Shown here in pieces: positions 10,201 through 20,375 of a stretch of 62,837 nt of DNA. Within the stretch, counting starts at the first letter, position 1, and each line of letters starts with the position of its first letter. The notes under the pieces are model-generated. The model saw only the letters and a list, made by a program, of their open reading frames with translations. It was not told the origin of the DNA and made no database searches. Location: positions 1-62,837 of the forward strand of contig MRSU01006538.1 of NCBI GenBank assembly GCA_008369845.1, written 5' to 3'. Source of the DNA: Trichomonas gallinae. Taxonomy: Eukaryota. The position numbers and the translations under genes are program-made.

Positions 10201-13200
10201 CTCAAACTCCACGCGGAGAAGAAGAGCGATGATGAAGATATTCACGCCAGAATCAAGCTACCTAAAAGTGAGTCAGAAAGCGCAAGTGTTCCACCTCCTC
10301 CACAGGAAAAGTCGAAGAAGGCACCTAGACAGAACATCCTGAAAGAAGGCAGCATGAGTTTTGAGTCGTCAGACGACAGCAAGAAGAAGAAGTTAAAAGA
10401 AAATGAAGAAAACAAAAAATCAGAAAAGAAGCCAGCTATTCCTACGCCAAAAGACAAGAAACAAGTTTCATCGCCAAGAGCAGAGAAGAAAGAGACAAAG
10501 AAGACAGAAGCGAAATCAGATTCCAACAAACTTGAAATGAAGAAGTCAACAGTTGACTCTCCACCAAAGCAGAAAGTTTCGGAAGGAAGATCTCTCGGAC
10601 TGAAGAATCTTCTGAATAATGACGCAAAGAAAGAAGAAACCAAGAAGGATGATGATAAGAAAGAAGAAATCAAGAAAGATAATGATAAGAAAGAAGAAGT
10701 CAAGAAGGATGATGACAAGAAAGAAGAAGTTAAGAAGTATGATGATAAGATAGAAGCAGTTAAGAAGGATGATGATAAGAAAGAAGAAGTTAAGAAGGAT
10801 GATGATAAGAAAGAAGAAGTTAAGAAGGATGATGATAAGAAAGAAGAAATCAAGAAAGATAATGATAAGAAAGAAGAAGTTAAGAAGGATGATGATAAGA
10901 AAGAAGAAGTCAATAAAGATGATGATAAGAAGGAAGAAAAGAAGAGTATTTCATTAGGATTAAAGAACCTAATTGAAAAAGAGGAACCAAAGATCAAATC
11001 AAATGAAGACTCCAAAGATAAAGAGCAAGTAAAGAAAAACAAAAATGACAATAAAACAATCGAAGAACCAAAATCAAAGAAAGATGAATATAAGGAACAA
11101 AGTGCAGAAGTTGTCAAGAAAGATGATGCAAAGCCCGAAGAGAAGAAAGAAAACAAGAAGCTCTCTTTAGGATTGAAAAATCTTCTTACAAAAGAAGAGC
11201 CTAAACTTCAAGCCAAATCTGATGACGTTAGAGCAGAATCAAAAGAGGAAAAGAAGCATGAAAATAGAGAATCAAAGCAAGAAACTAAGAAACATAATGA
11301 AGATGAAAAATCTGGAGAATCAAAGATTGAAGAGAAGAAAGTTGAAGAATCAAAGAAAGAAGAAAAGAAGAATGTTGAAGAACCAAAGAAAGAAGAAAAG
11401 AAGGCGGAAGAACCAAAGAAGCTTTCATTAGGACTGAAGAATTTGATTGCAAAAGAAGAGACTAAACTTCAGACAAAATCCGATGACAATAAACCTGAAA
11501 CAAAAGAGGAAAAGAAGCATAAAGAAGATGAAAACTCCAGAAAAGAACCTAAGAAGGAAGAAAAGAAAGTTGAAGAGCCAAAGAATGAAGGAAAGAAGAA
11601 AGCCGAAGAAACAAAGAAAGAAGATAAGAAGAATGTTGAAGAGCCAAAGAATGAAGAACCAAAGAGGCTTTCATTAGGACTGAAGAATCTCATTACTAAA
11701 GAAGAGCCTAAGCTTCAGGCAAAATCAGATGAAAATAAATCCGAAACAAAAGGAGAAAAGAAGAAGATTGAAGAGCCAAAGAAGGAAGAGAAAAAGGTTG
11801 AAGAAACAAAGAAGGAAGAAAAGAAGAAGGTTGAAGAGCCAAAGAATGAAGGAAAGAAGAAAGCTGAAGAAACAAAGAAAGAAGATAAGAAAGTTGAAGA
11901 GCCGAAGCCAGCTGATAATTTGCAAAAGAAATCATCAGTTGGTTCAATCAATCCCGATGACATTCTTGCAAATTTCTTTGATGAAGCACTTGATCCTTCA
12001 CAACTTGCTCCACCAAGCCGTGATCAATCAACAGTCACTTGTGTACCAGGAATGACTGCTGCACCTCCTCTAACGCGCGCACAAACACCAGTGAAAACAG
12101 AACCTGAGCCTGTGAGCTGGTACGAAAAGGAACCCACACCAGTCAAAGACAGAGGACTCAAGTTTGATGATGACGAGAAAACAACTTCGGACAAAGCAGG
12201 CGAAAATAAAGAAGAATGTGAAAAGCAAGATGAGAAGCCTAAAGAAGATTCGGCTAAAGAAGAGGAAAGTAAAGCTGCCAGCGAAGAGAAAGAACAAAGG
12301 CCTAAAGAAGAAGGACAAAAAGATGAAGTTGAAGCAGAAACAAAATCCAGAGAAGAAAAGAAGCAAAAAGAAGATGCAGAACAAAAAGCTAAGGAAGAAG
12401 AAGAAAATAAGGAGAAAGAAGAAGCAGATAGGAAAGCCAAAGAAGACGCTGAACGAAAGGCTAAAGAAGAGGAAGAGCGCAAAGCTAAGGAAGAAGCAGA
12501 ACAAGGAGCTAAAGAGGAGCAAGAGAAGAAAGAAAAGGAAGCAGCAGAGCAAAAGGCCAAAGAAGAAGAAGAGAAGAAGAAAGAAGAGGCAGAACGAAAG
12601 GCTAAGGAAGAACAAGAGAAGAAGGAGAAAGAAGAAGCAGAGCAAAAAGCTAAGGAAGAACAAGAAAGGAAAGAAAAAGAAGAAGCTGAAAAGAAAGCTA
12701 AAGAAGAACAGGAAGCCAAATCAGATAAAGAAAAGACGAACGTTGATGCAAAAGTTGAAAGCAGCTCAAGCTTCCTCTCCATTGAAGACGACGATGATGA
12801 TGAAAATCAAAAGAATCCCGAACAAAAGCCTTCTGCAGTAATAGAAAGTGACTCTAGCTCCTTAATCTTCGAGGAAACAGCACCTCAAGAACTCAGCAAG
12901 CAAAAAGATAACAAAGAGATCAATAGCAATGACGTTATCATCCTCGAAAAACCTCCACAGGATTCCAAACTCGTTAGCAAGAAAGAAAAGTCAGACAGCT
13001 TCCTCTCAGGTCTTTCCGATAACTCCAACCCGAAGAACACAGAAGAAAAGAAGCCAAAAGAGGATAACAAGCCTAATGTTCCAAAGAATGATGAATCAAG
13101 TTTCTTATCTGATTTTGCATCAGAAGAAGAAAAGAAACCTAATCAAGAAAAACAACTTAAAGTACCGAAGAAAGAAGACTCAGGATTTTTATCAGATTTC

Positions 13201-13626
13201 GCTTCAGATGATGGCAAAGCAGAAAAGAAGAAGGAGGAAGAACAAAAGCCTTCGAATGTTCCTAAGAAAGACGAATCAAGTTTCTTATCAGATTTCGCAT
13301 CAGATGATGGTAAAGCAGAAAAGAAGAAAGCAGAAGAGATAAATGCTCCAAATGTTCCTAAGAAAGATGATTCAGGAATATTATCCGATTTTGCATCAGA
13401 TGATGACAAAAATGAAAAGAAGAAGGAAGAAGAGAAAAAGAAGGACGACTCAGATACTTTCCTTTCTTCATTGAGTGAAGATGTTGTGAAAGATCCAGTT
13501 AGCATAACAACGAAAATAGAAAGTGAAGAATTATCATTCAACGGAAGCTCGGATAATGATAATGATAAGAAACCAGTCGTCGCCAAAAAAGATGAAGTTG
13601 TCGAATCAGACAGTTTTGATATTTAA
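7285..13626 (+). CDS. Large protein: BTB-like N-terminus, F5/8 type C (discoidin-like) domains, long K/E/D/S low-complexity repetitive tail
   Basis: About 2113 aa from the ATG at 7285 (the track starts at a GTG). WLQYHF...TSYSI...PTGWKLLGSMDGETWEVVD...RYFRLKQT...SGMEFFG is the F5/8 type C pattern. LCQYSQFF...LLRLAHEW is BTB-like. Confidence 0.75.
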   Translation: MSLSDPHAQTISVKPERKFIILHNRHPCFINPMLLCQYSQFFEDLYPHYKDTNIEIHDSYKEEVFSTFIEMAHGNEVELTTPNAYILLRLAHEWKANRIGQVIENYISGKPEAEVKLYGIVDNFISSNRLPEAKDFTAEEYSRMLQLESCHSLNPKLLFAFLQSCKDTKVDPKVLNDFVVSHLKNNLVPPEKFVPFLTWEELSQEDFKYFYTQKQYRQFNAIKTERERRRALEKQKSHKKTETNTFSITKTLKIEPPYYGLIAKIATGSGNPLRTGLVEVTASSNDPASLASEQGGLLTIIKTCPKIDFWLNNPSEVQKIVITAGTSDIPRHIIISASKDQTDWVPILKGIKKRIKSGETQEIELENDNDYLYYQIKLETKKESRLSFAKIQLFDEEQQNLQYFVSSNGNHLTSVISPRHKHQWFSMAGKGQWLQYHFPKHIFVLTSYSIKCGKMWFPTGWKLLGSMDGETWEVVDEKRQTTYFSRPFEIHQFVVRSNVRARYFRLKQTSKTADGIHILCISGMEFFGTYEDEEKTKQLIATATVRRKKLEVVSSSSSSDTDTDSDVEDEEVKPKKEKKPKKEEHKKLLLGSSAPVKKSKDDFESDDSNVVTLEKNKSKDKKSSDDKAKKKKSSSSSSSSFESDSHSKKKNEDKKKDDDKKEEKKKSSSSSSSSFESDDKAKKDNDKKKKEEEKKISSSSSSSFESDSDDKKKKEDNEKKKEDNEKKKDDDEKKKSSSSSSFESDSDDKAKKEENEDDSKKAKAPTETTSSNAKPIEAKGKSSSSDEIFGPKVEEIKEEKEKIEDKIKEEKEKEKKKSSSSSSFDFSASSTDDEKKKKKEKEKEEVLSDDGMVITTNSNIEESKKSSSSGDLSFDSSSDENQKKANESLSFASSSADNRESEQEEKRIIIEPSDLETQELKTAVPKLDIDKIPAKEIEMREPSPRRHDNNENLSLRESTSMNEPPSSRRPSALKLHAEKKSDDEDIHARIKLPKSESESASVPPPPQEKSKKAPRQNILKEGSMSFESSDDSKKKKLKENEENKKSEKKPAIPTPKDKKQVSSPRAEKKETKKTEAKSDSNKLEMKKSTVDSPPKQKVSEGRSLGLKNLLNNDAKKEETKKDDDKKEEIKKDNDKKEEVKKDDDKKEEVKKYDDKIEAVKKDDDKKEEVKKDDDKKEEVKKDDDKKEEIKKDNDKKEEVKKDDDKKEEVNKDDDKKEEKKSISLGLKNLIEKEEPKIKSNEDSKDKEQVKKNKNDNKTIEEPKSKKDEYKEQSAEVVKKDDAKPEEKKENKKLSLGLKNLLTKEEPKLQAKSDDVRAESKEEKKHENRESKQETKKHNEDEKSGESKIEEKKVEESKKEEKKNVEEPKKEEKKAEEPKKLSLGLKNLIAKEETKLQTKSDDNKPETKEEKKHKEDENSRKEPKKEEKKVEEPKNEGKKKAEETKKEDKKNVEEPKNEEPKRLSLGLKNLITKEEPKLQAKSDENKSETKGEKKKIEEPKKEEKKVEETKKEEKKKVEEPKNEGKKKAEETKKEDKKVEEPKPADNLQKKSSVGSINPDDILANFFDEALDPSQLAPPSRDQSTVTCVPGMTAAPPLTRAQTPVKTEPEPVSWYEKEPTPVKDRGLKFDDDEKTTSDKAGENKEECEKQDEKPKEDSAKEEESKAASEEKEQRPKEEGQKDEVEAETKSREEKKQKEDAEQKAKEEEENKEKEEADRKAKEDAERKAKEEEERKAKEEAEQGAKEEQEKKEKEAAEQKAKEEEEKKKEEAERKAKEEQEKKEKEEAEQKAKEEQERKEKEEAEKKAKEEQEAKSDKEKTNVDAKVESSSSFLSIEDDDDDENQKNPEQKPSAVIESDSSSLIFEETAPQELSKQKDNKEINSNDVIILEKPPQDSKLVSKKEKSDSFLSGLSDNSNPKNTEEKKPKEDNKPNVPKNDESSFLSDFASEEEKKPNQEKQLKVPKKEDSGFLSDFASDDGKAEKKKEEEQKPSNVPKKDESSFLSDFASDDGKAEKKKAEEINAPNVPKKDDSGILSDFASDDDKNEKKKEEEKKKDDSDTFLSSLSEDVVKDPVSITTKIESEELSFNGSSDNDNDKKPVVAKKDEVVESDSFDI
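10627..10938 (+). repeat. Coding tandem repeat, 30-bp unit x10 (KKEEVKKDDD)
   Basis: aagaaagaagaagttaagaaggatgatgat repeated with few substitutions. Confidence 0.9.
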
Positions 13627-14051
13627 AATGTTTTGTAATTTTTTTCGATAATTCTTATATTTCCTTATCAATAATCATCAAATTTATAAGTAGAGATTTT
13701 TAATCAATGCTATATTTTCTCCCAATGATATATTTAATCATATATTTTGGAAGAAATGAAAACAATATTTCTAGATTTAGCCTATGTTACATGGTTTTTT
13801 TTATTTTTTGTTAGTAATTGGTTATTGGCTTCAAGTTATCAACAATTCTGCTGCTAATTACAAACGCATTGTATCCTATTCGACGTTAGCCATGATTAAG
13901 GCGACGCTCCTCAAATCTGCGAGTCCAGGAAAAGCAATTAATATAATGTTATTCTCTGGATTCCAACTGTCATCAAGAAAGATTTTAGAGCAACTCATAT
14001 CTAGAAGAAGATAACAAGTGGATTTCGCTTGTTTTCTTTTCGCAAAAAAAG

Positions 14052-15437
14052 TTATGATGAGCTAGATTCTTTAATAAGAGATGTAACATGACTGAAAATA
14101 TTGATGAAATCTTGAGAGTTGCGAACTTTATCGTCGTCGATATCATCCAGATTCTCAGCAATTTCAGCTAGATTGACATGAGTCATATTGTTTGCAACTA
14201 TAAAATCGAGGAAGCATGAGAGAACCTGTATTAAATATATTGCTGACTCACTTTTAACTTCCGCGAGCATTCCGAGCAGATTGTCGAAGATGTCTTCATT
14301 GATCATTTGTTCTGTAACTTGGATCATGCCAATCCTCAGCATGTGCCTCAATATGTAGACGCAGTCCTGCTTAGTCTCGAAGTTTCCGCTGATTATGCAG
14401 TTGAAAACCGACTCAATTAAATCAGAATTCGCAATGCTTCCTAAGATTTCTTGCGGCAATGAAATTTTTTGTTCCCAGTATTTTGTTAAAAGAGATTTAA
14501 AGAATGAAATACCTAGATGACAGATGGATGATGAAGGATCTCTGCAAACGCTCAATATAAAACCGATGTTTGCGTGAATTATTGATGGATGTGATACAAT
14601 CGATGTTAAAAATATCATTGCGTAAGCTGCAAGTTTCCGATTATTTGTATTAAGGAATTGATTAGTCCGAATAACAAGATTATCAAGAGAAAACTCATCA
14701 TCATTTCGATGTTGCTTTAAAATCTTTCTTGACGACGCAACAAATGCTCTCAATGCAATAAAAATATTCGGTGTTATCCTATTTGTGTTAAATATCTCTA
14801 TGAAAACCCTATAAATTCCCAAAAAAATTCCTTCTCCATTAACATGAGCGAAAGTGCAAATAATGCAAATGAGACGTATGATGTTCTGGTTGATATCTTC
14901 ATTTTCATCAAAGAATTTTCTTGGTAGCTCTGAAATTTTCTCCCAATTAATATTTCGTATGAGATCTTTAGCAATATCTGATTTTAATAGTACTAAATTG
15001 ATTAGAATGCTTATGATGTATTGTACTGTAAAAAAGTTTTTCGTTATATCCAAAATCGAAAATATTCCTTTAAAAAAATCATCGAAAAGAAGCATTTCAT
15101 ATTTGAAATTATGCGAAGTAGTACATACAGATAGAATAAATATAGTTAAATCGACAATTCTTGCAACATATTCGCCAGATAATATAATTTCGATTAATTT
15201 TTGAATTGAATTATCAACCAAACCGGAATTTTCCAGTCCGTGTGCAAGTATAGATCCTTTGAATGAAATAAGAATGTCGCTAATATCAGGAATTGGTATT
15301 TCCGGATTTATTTCTGTAATCAAATCATAATTAGGCGGCGGGACTCGTGATACATCAATGGAATTTTCAATGGAAATAGGAATTCGCGCCTGAGATCTTA
15401 ATTCACTTTCCAATATTTCCTTGAATTCTTCATCCAT
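14052..15437 (-). CDS. Hypothetical ARM/HEAT-repeat (importin-alpha-like) protein
   Basis: 461 aa helical ORF. The C-terminal GNFETKQDCVYILRHM...IFDNLLGML resembles the last importin-alpha ARM repeats. Confidence 0.55.
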   Translation of the reverse strand: MDEEFKEILESELRSQARIPISIENSIDVSRVPPPNYDLITEINPEIPIPDISDILISFKGSILAHGLENSGLVDNSIQKLIEIILSGEYVARIVDLTIFILSVCTTSHNFKYEMLLFDDFFKGIFSILDITKNFFTVQYIISILINLVLLKSDIAKDLIRNINWEKISELPRKFFDENEDINQNIIRLICIICTFAHVNGEGIFLGIYRVFIEIFNTNRITPNIFIALRAFVASSRKILKQHRNDDEFSLDNLVIRTNQFLNTNNRKLAAYAMIFLTSIVSHPSIIHANIGFILSVCRDPSSSICHLGISFFKSLLTKYWEQKISLPQEILGSIANSDLIESVFNCIISGNFETKQDCVYILRHMLRIGMIQVTEQMINEDIFDNLLGMLAEVKSESAIYLIQVLSCFLDFIVANNMTHVNLAEIAENLDDIDDDKVRNSQDFINIFSHVTSLIKESSSS

Positions 15438-16490
15438 TTAAAATATGAAAAAATAAATCATCATTTATTGTTTTTAAAGGAAGAAAAGTGTTTATTTCAT
15501 ATAACTTCCGAGTGAATTCTAATGAAATTTTTAGAGAGGTATTTTTTAAGTTTGAAAATCCTTTTCCTATATGCGAAAGGATGCGATTGATTCAAATATT
15601 ATGTGTGAAAGGTTCTCAGTCTTTAAAAACATCATTTTATTGAAAATCAAATAATTGTAAAAAATACATGGAATTGAAGAAATTTACAAGTTCATATTGG
15701 CAGACAACAGTATTATGCATATCAATATATCATTAAGATTGTTCATAATTGAATAATCATAAATTTATTATCAGGGATACATATATAGAGCTGAAAGATT
15801 GCCAGAGTCTTCATCTTGTTGTTAATTTAGAGTATTTTATTTTCCAATTTATCAATCACATACTTCCTCTCCCAATTCAATCCAAAAATTTAAAACAAAT
15901 CATCAATCATCACTAGAATTCAGTTCTACTGCTTCTTATAATTCTATAATTACAGACTTCAAAGTCACATATTTATGAAAGAGATTGAAGCTTCGAAGGA
16001 TATTATTAAATTGCTCCAAACTTTGAAGTTATTATATAGGTGGGATAAAGATTGTGTATTTAAGGATTAAGAGTGTTTTGTTGAAATAAGGTTATATTGA
16101 TTTTGGAAAAATTATCACAAAAGTGACAACTCTTATAGCAAAAAGTGGATACAAAAATCTATCAATGGAACAAACAAGTTATCAAAATAATTTTTTGTTG
16201 CTTTTTTTCGAACACCTTTTAAAAGAGATCTTAAAAATATAGCAAAACTTTGGAAATTATGACAATCATTGAGACAAATAAATCTGAATTGGCGTGAAAA
16301 TATCGTAATTCTCAAGTTATAATGACAATATCATGATATTTATAAGTATATATGAATATATATATGAATCAAAAGGGACGAAGACCTGTATTTATTAAAT
16401 AACAAAAAGAAAGAAAAATAATTGAAAGCAATAATCAATCTTTCAAATATTTGTATGTGATGTGACGGTTTCGAGGATTAATATTTTAGA

Positions 16491-17021
16491 ATGGCTTTCA
16501 CGGAGAATTCTCCTGTGGAATTTTGCGTGTTTTTCCTTGGAGGAGAGAAGAAATCGATCACAGCTAACAGCTCCGTAGCTCTATTTGAGGCACTGGAGCA
16601 AAATGGCTTGGTCCCTAAATCTAACGACCATTTCGTGTACTATCATCATCATAATCTTATTAATCCGTGTATCTCGATTGGAGGATTACATATCCGCAAC
16701 AATGATACAATCGTTGTATTAGAACAAAAGAAAAATAAGAAAGAAATCGTAAAAACACCTAAAAATCCAATCGTACAGTCACAAAGCTTCGATAACTTCA
16801 GGGCAATATCAGCTATGGACTATCCAGTCAATTTTACGCATCAATCTCGTGATGATTCAGATGGCGTTTATGACCAACCTCAAAGGCCACTTACGGCAAC
16901 GATTATACCTCCGCAACCTCGGGATATCCCTCGAGATCCACTACCAAAGTTCTTTGTTTCGTCTCAAAAGGCAAATAACGATTTCTGGAACTCTTTAGAA
17001 AGGAGATTTAATGTTGTTTAG
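16491..17021 (+). CDS. Hypothetical protein with an N-terminal ubiquitin-like domain
   Basis: 176 aa. FVYYHHHNLINPCISIGGLHIRNNDTIVV fits a Ubl beta-grasp C-terminus. Pro-rich tail. Confidence 0.55.
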   Translation: MAFTENSPVEFCVFFLGGEKKSITANSSVALFEALEQNGLVPKSNDHFVYYHHHNLINPCISIGGLHIRNNDTIVVLEQKKNKKEIVKTPKNPIVQSQSFDNFRAISAMDYPVNFTHQSRDDSDGVYDQPQRPLTATIIPPQPRDIPRDPLPKFFVSSQKANNDFWNSLERRFNVV

Positions 17022-17307
17022 ATTACCAATTGATTTGTTTGTTATTGTTTTGTGATTATAAAGTTTTATTATTGAATACAATGAAGAGTTTCGCCAATCC
17101 TATATTTGTCTCCTGGAAAAAGGGGCCGAAATGCACGTCAAAACAAATAACACCTTAACCAAAGTATATATAACATAATACAAAACCGCAGAATCCAAGT
17201 TTACGATTTATGATATATTTCGGTATTTAGCGAAATTATTCGGTAAACAAGGAAAATTCGGCAAAAAGAGATCATATTTGATATGAATTTAAATAAAAGA
17301 TTAAGTT

Positions 17308-18039
17308 TTAATTTTCTGTAATGTAAACATTTGGACGCTCGAATGTCTTGATATCCGCCTCGAGCTGGGCTGCCTCGCGTTCCATTTCCTCTTTCTTGCG
17401 GCGGAAAGAGAGGTTATCTTGACCGAAACTAAGTGATGCATAGCGTTTCTTATTCTCAGCAAGGTTTGCATACAATCCATTGAGAATTTCGATACGTTCT
17501 TCCTCAGAAAGAAGCCTGCATCTTGTCTCTGTATCTTCTGGCATCATCGATTCTCTAACATTGTCCCAATACTCTGTTTCATCAGCCGCTTCCTTCTTTA
17601 CTCTATCCATATATGCAGGAACCTGGCCGTATTCAGGCTTGTCTGTATACCATGTTTCTGGCTTTTCTGGATGAAGCTTCCTGGTCTTTGGAGCCTGCTT
17701 CCAGTTCTCGAGAACGTAGTTTCGCTTGGTTGTCTCCTTGATTTTCGGTATTTCTTTTGCTTTTGGAACTGGCGGTTTATTCAAGCCTTCATTTCCTTTC
17801 GGAATTGTCCTAGTCTTTGGTGGGAGCTCTCTTTTAGAGATTGTTTCTCCCTTTTTCAAGTAATTCTTTGGATCGCGCTTGATTGTGTCTGGATGTGGAC
17901 CCATTGTTGCATGTGAGCGCTTTTTCGCTGTCATGAACTGTGATTGGTCCTGGAACTTACTCTTGTGAAGAGGCTCCTTGACAATAACCGGAGGTGGCTT
18001 CGGAATTAAATTGTAGATGCACTCTTCTTCGTCAAACAT
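17308..18039 (-). CDS. ENKUR: Enkurin (flagellar microtubule inner protein, calmodulin-binding)
   Basis: IYNLIP, HATMGP, P.NYLKK, KPPVP, EYGQVPAY, LSEEERIEILNGL, RRKKEEME..LE.DIKTFER. Real start at MFDEEE (18039), with GTCACTTT (minus strand, 18071-18078) upstream. Confidence 0.88.
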   Translation of the reverse strand: MFDEEECIYNLIPKPPPVIVKEPLHKSKFQDQSQFMTAKKRSHATMGPHPDTIKRDPKNYLKKGETISKRELPPKTRTIPKGNEGLNKPPVPKAKEIPKIKETTKRNYVLENWKQAPKTRKLHPEKPETWYTDKPEYGQVPAYMDRVKKEAADETEYWDNVRESMMPEDTETRCRLLSEEERIEILNGLYANLAENKKRYASLSFGQDNLSFRRKKEEMEREAAQLEADIKTFERPNVYITEN

Positions 18040-18947
18040 ATTATTAGGAAAAAATACGTTTCTATTACGAAAAGTGACAATATTCTCCGTTTCATCTTTA
18101 TTTTCCAATTTTAGGCATAGATCTATTATATAAATGCTATATATACTATAAATCAATTGTTATTTATGTGATTTATGTTGAATATTTTTGATATTTCTGA
18201 TGTTTTACAATTTAAAGCAAAGAATTAATATAGATATATTATATATAAAACGAATCTGGTGTTATTTTTGTCATTTATGTTTAATAAATCTGATATTTTT
18301 GACGTTTTATAATTTTAAATTCATATTTATATTTTATACAATCACAATATAACAATTTTGTTATTTTCAAAAAAAAAGATATTCAAAATTCAGAAATGAT
18401 TAGCATTTAGTACCAACTTGCATAAGAGATCCTGAATTTAAACTACATAAATTAAACTAAATACCTACTACTGAGCATCATATCTATTATATTTTTGAAA
18501 TTTCATTAAGGATTTAATGAAATAATAGTTTTTAGAATATAGCTTCAAAGTTAATAGACTATTGATACATGATGAAGTAAAAGCCAAGTTCTGAATAGAT
18601 AAGAAATCAATAAAAGAATGCTTTCACGCCAATAATTCAATTTAAGATCAACGATTATTTTTGAATAGAAAATAATCGTGTTAAAATTATAAAAACTACC
18701 ATATGGTTACCTATACAGTTATGATCATTAAACGAACACGATTGCGCCCGTAGCCAAACAGAAATATTAAGAAATTAATGAAAATCAACACGCCCGTATC
18801 TTCTCAAATTTGAAATAAGATTCAAAAATAATCGTTTTTTATAATAATATGTATAACTATAAAAATAAAACCAAATTATAAAGACAAAAAATTTGCAGTT
18901 CAGGAAAGTAGGGTCTTACACCTGGTTTATTCTCATCCGAAGAGTTG

Positions 18948-20375
18948 ATGTCATATCGCGTCCGTCTCAACTCTTCTGTTGCATTTCAGAGCCTTCTTCC
19001 TGTCCACAGAGATGAAGAAGCTCGTCTTCTTGGATCGCATTTGAAAAATGACGATCTTTTCGGTAACAAAGATGAGAATTTTGAAACGTGGAAGCATGAA
19101 TACATTGTTCCTTGGAGTACTTTACTGGACATATTCATTGTCCTATTATATATATTTTTCGCGCTCACATATCAATCAACAAAAATGACTTTCGTACATA
19201 ATTTCAACAAAATTTTCGACCATTACTTTATGGGCGATACTGACACTGATATCGATGGGCTGATGTATATATATTTCAAAGACACGTTAGTTAACAAGGT
19301 TTACACTGTTGCAACAAAATTTTTCGAATTCGAAGAATCATTTCCTTCGCAGGAACCATTCGTTCGTAGTTCGAATCTTACTGCTATAGTATCCGAAAAA
19401 GGAAAGCCTGACGAAATTTTTATTTATAATGAAGAAAATGTTACCGAAATCAACAAAACTGTAGAGAAAGCGATTGGAAGACAAGGTTTTAAAGGTCTTG
19501 TACTTGACGTTGACTATCTTATCACACGCGGATCAGCAGATTCACAAATTCTAATGACAGTTAAGTATTCAATGACTTTTCTCGATGTAGATGAACTTGG
19601 TATCATTGAGTGGCGTTCTCGTTTCAGAAGAACAGAAACAATTCATGCTGGAGATAAAACATTCAGAGATACGCTTAGTACTGAAATTTTCCCAATTGCA
19701 ATATTAACAATTGATGCATTGGCAATGATATTCTCAACATCAAGGCTCATTTCCTTCTTCAAGCATGCAAAACAATATGCGAAACAAAATTATGTTTCAT
19801 TTACGCGCGCCGTTATGTGGAAAGTCGATCGTTGGGAGCTATTCAACCTCAGTTACCAAATATTGACGTTTATTTCCATCATAATTTTCCTTGTCGTCGT
19901 TGAAGACGATTTTGGCGCTCATAGGTGGCTCCAGTGTCTTTTAGGCACTGCTGGATTTGTCCACTCAATGGGCCTTTTCAGATCATTGAGAATGAAGGAG
20001 GAACTGTGGCTCGTTACTCGTCTAACAGGCAGAAGTCTTGGCCAGTCATCAACTTTGGCATTTGGCTTCGTTCCTATATATCTTGGCTTCGTTTTCATGG
20101 GCATAGCGTTCTTTGGCTACTTCTGCAACGTTTTCAAAGGCTTTCTTCGCACAATCAAAGTATTGTTTTCGATCTTCCACTGCGATATTGTTATGGATAC
20201 AGTTGAGCTCGTGAAAGATGCAGCAGTTGTCCCAGACTGGTTGATTATTTCATACATTACTATATGGACTAATTTGACATGCGGCATTATTATCAATGTC
20301 ATTATTTCAATCGTCGAGGTCACTCTTGATGTTTTGATTCATGAGGGTTTGAATCATTCATCTTCTAACAAATAA
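18948..20375 (+). CDS. Mucolipin/polycystin-type (TRPML-like) cation channel
   Basis: One N-terminal TM after PWSTLL, a large lumenal loop, five more TMs, and a pore region F.GFLRTIKVLFSIFHCD that aligns with TRPML F.SL...ECLFSLINGDD. Confidence 0.7.
   Translation: MSYRVRLNSSVAFQSLLPVHRDEEARLLGSHLKNDDLFGNKDENFETWKHEYIVPWSTLLDIFIVLLYIFFALTYQSTKMTFVHNFNKIFDHYFMGDTDTDIDGLMYIYFKDTLVNKVYTVATKFFEFEESFPSQEPFVRSSNLTAIVSEKGKPDEIFIYNEENVTEINKTVEKAIGRQGFKGLVLDVDYLITRGSADSQILMTVKYSMTFLDVDELGIIEWRSRFRRTETIHAGDKTFRDTLSTEIFPIAILTIDALAMIFSTSRLISFFKHAKQYAKQNYVSFTRAVMWKVDRWELFNLSYQILTFISIIIFLVVVEDDFGAHRWLQCLLGTAGFVHSMGLFRSLRMKEELWLVTRLTGRSLGQSSTLAFGFVPIYLGFVFMGIAFFGYFCNVFKGFLRTIKVLFSIFHCDIVMDTVELVKDAAVVPDWLIISYITIWTNLTCGIIINVIISIVEVTLDVLIHEGLNHSSSNK

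Noticed and set aside
8711..13586. Many long alternative-frame and antisense ORFs (S/F/L-rich or K/R/M-rich) inside the 2113-aa gene
   Set aside because: Shadows of purine-rich low-complexity coding sequence, which lacks stops in other frames.
13784..14014. 76-aa ORF in a convergent gap
   Set aside because: No recognisable motif on either strand; possibly a relic but unsupported.
18040..18156. N-terminal extension of enkurin, and similar TTG/GTG-started extensions at 7219, 22266, 37333, 43351, 47687 and 53262
   Set aside because: The ORF track allows bacterial alternative starts. The extensions overlap Inr/AAAGTGAC promoter motifs and homology begins at the downstream ATG.
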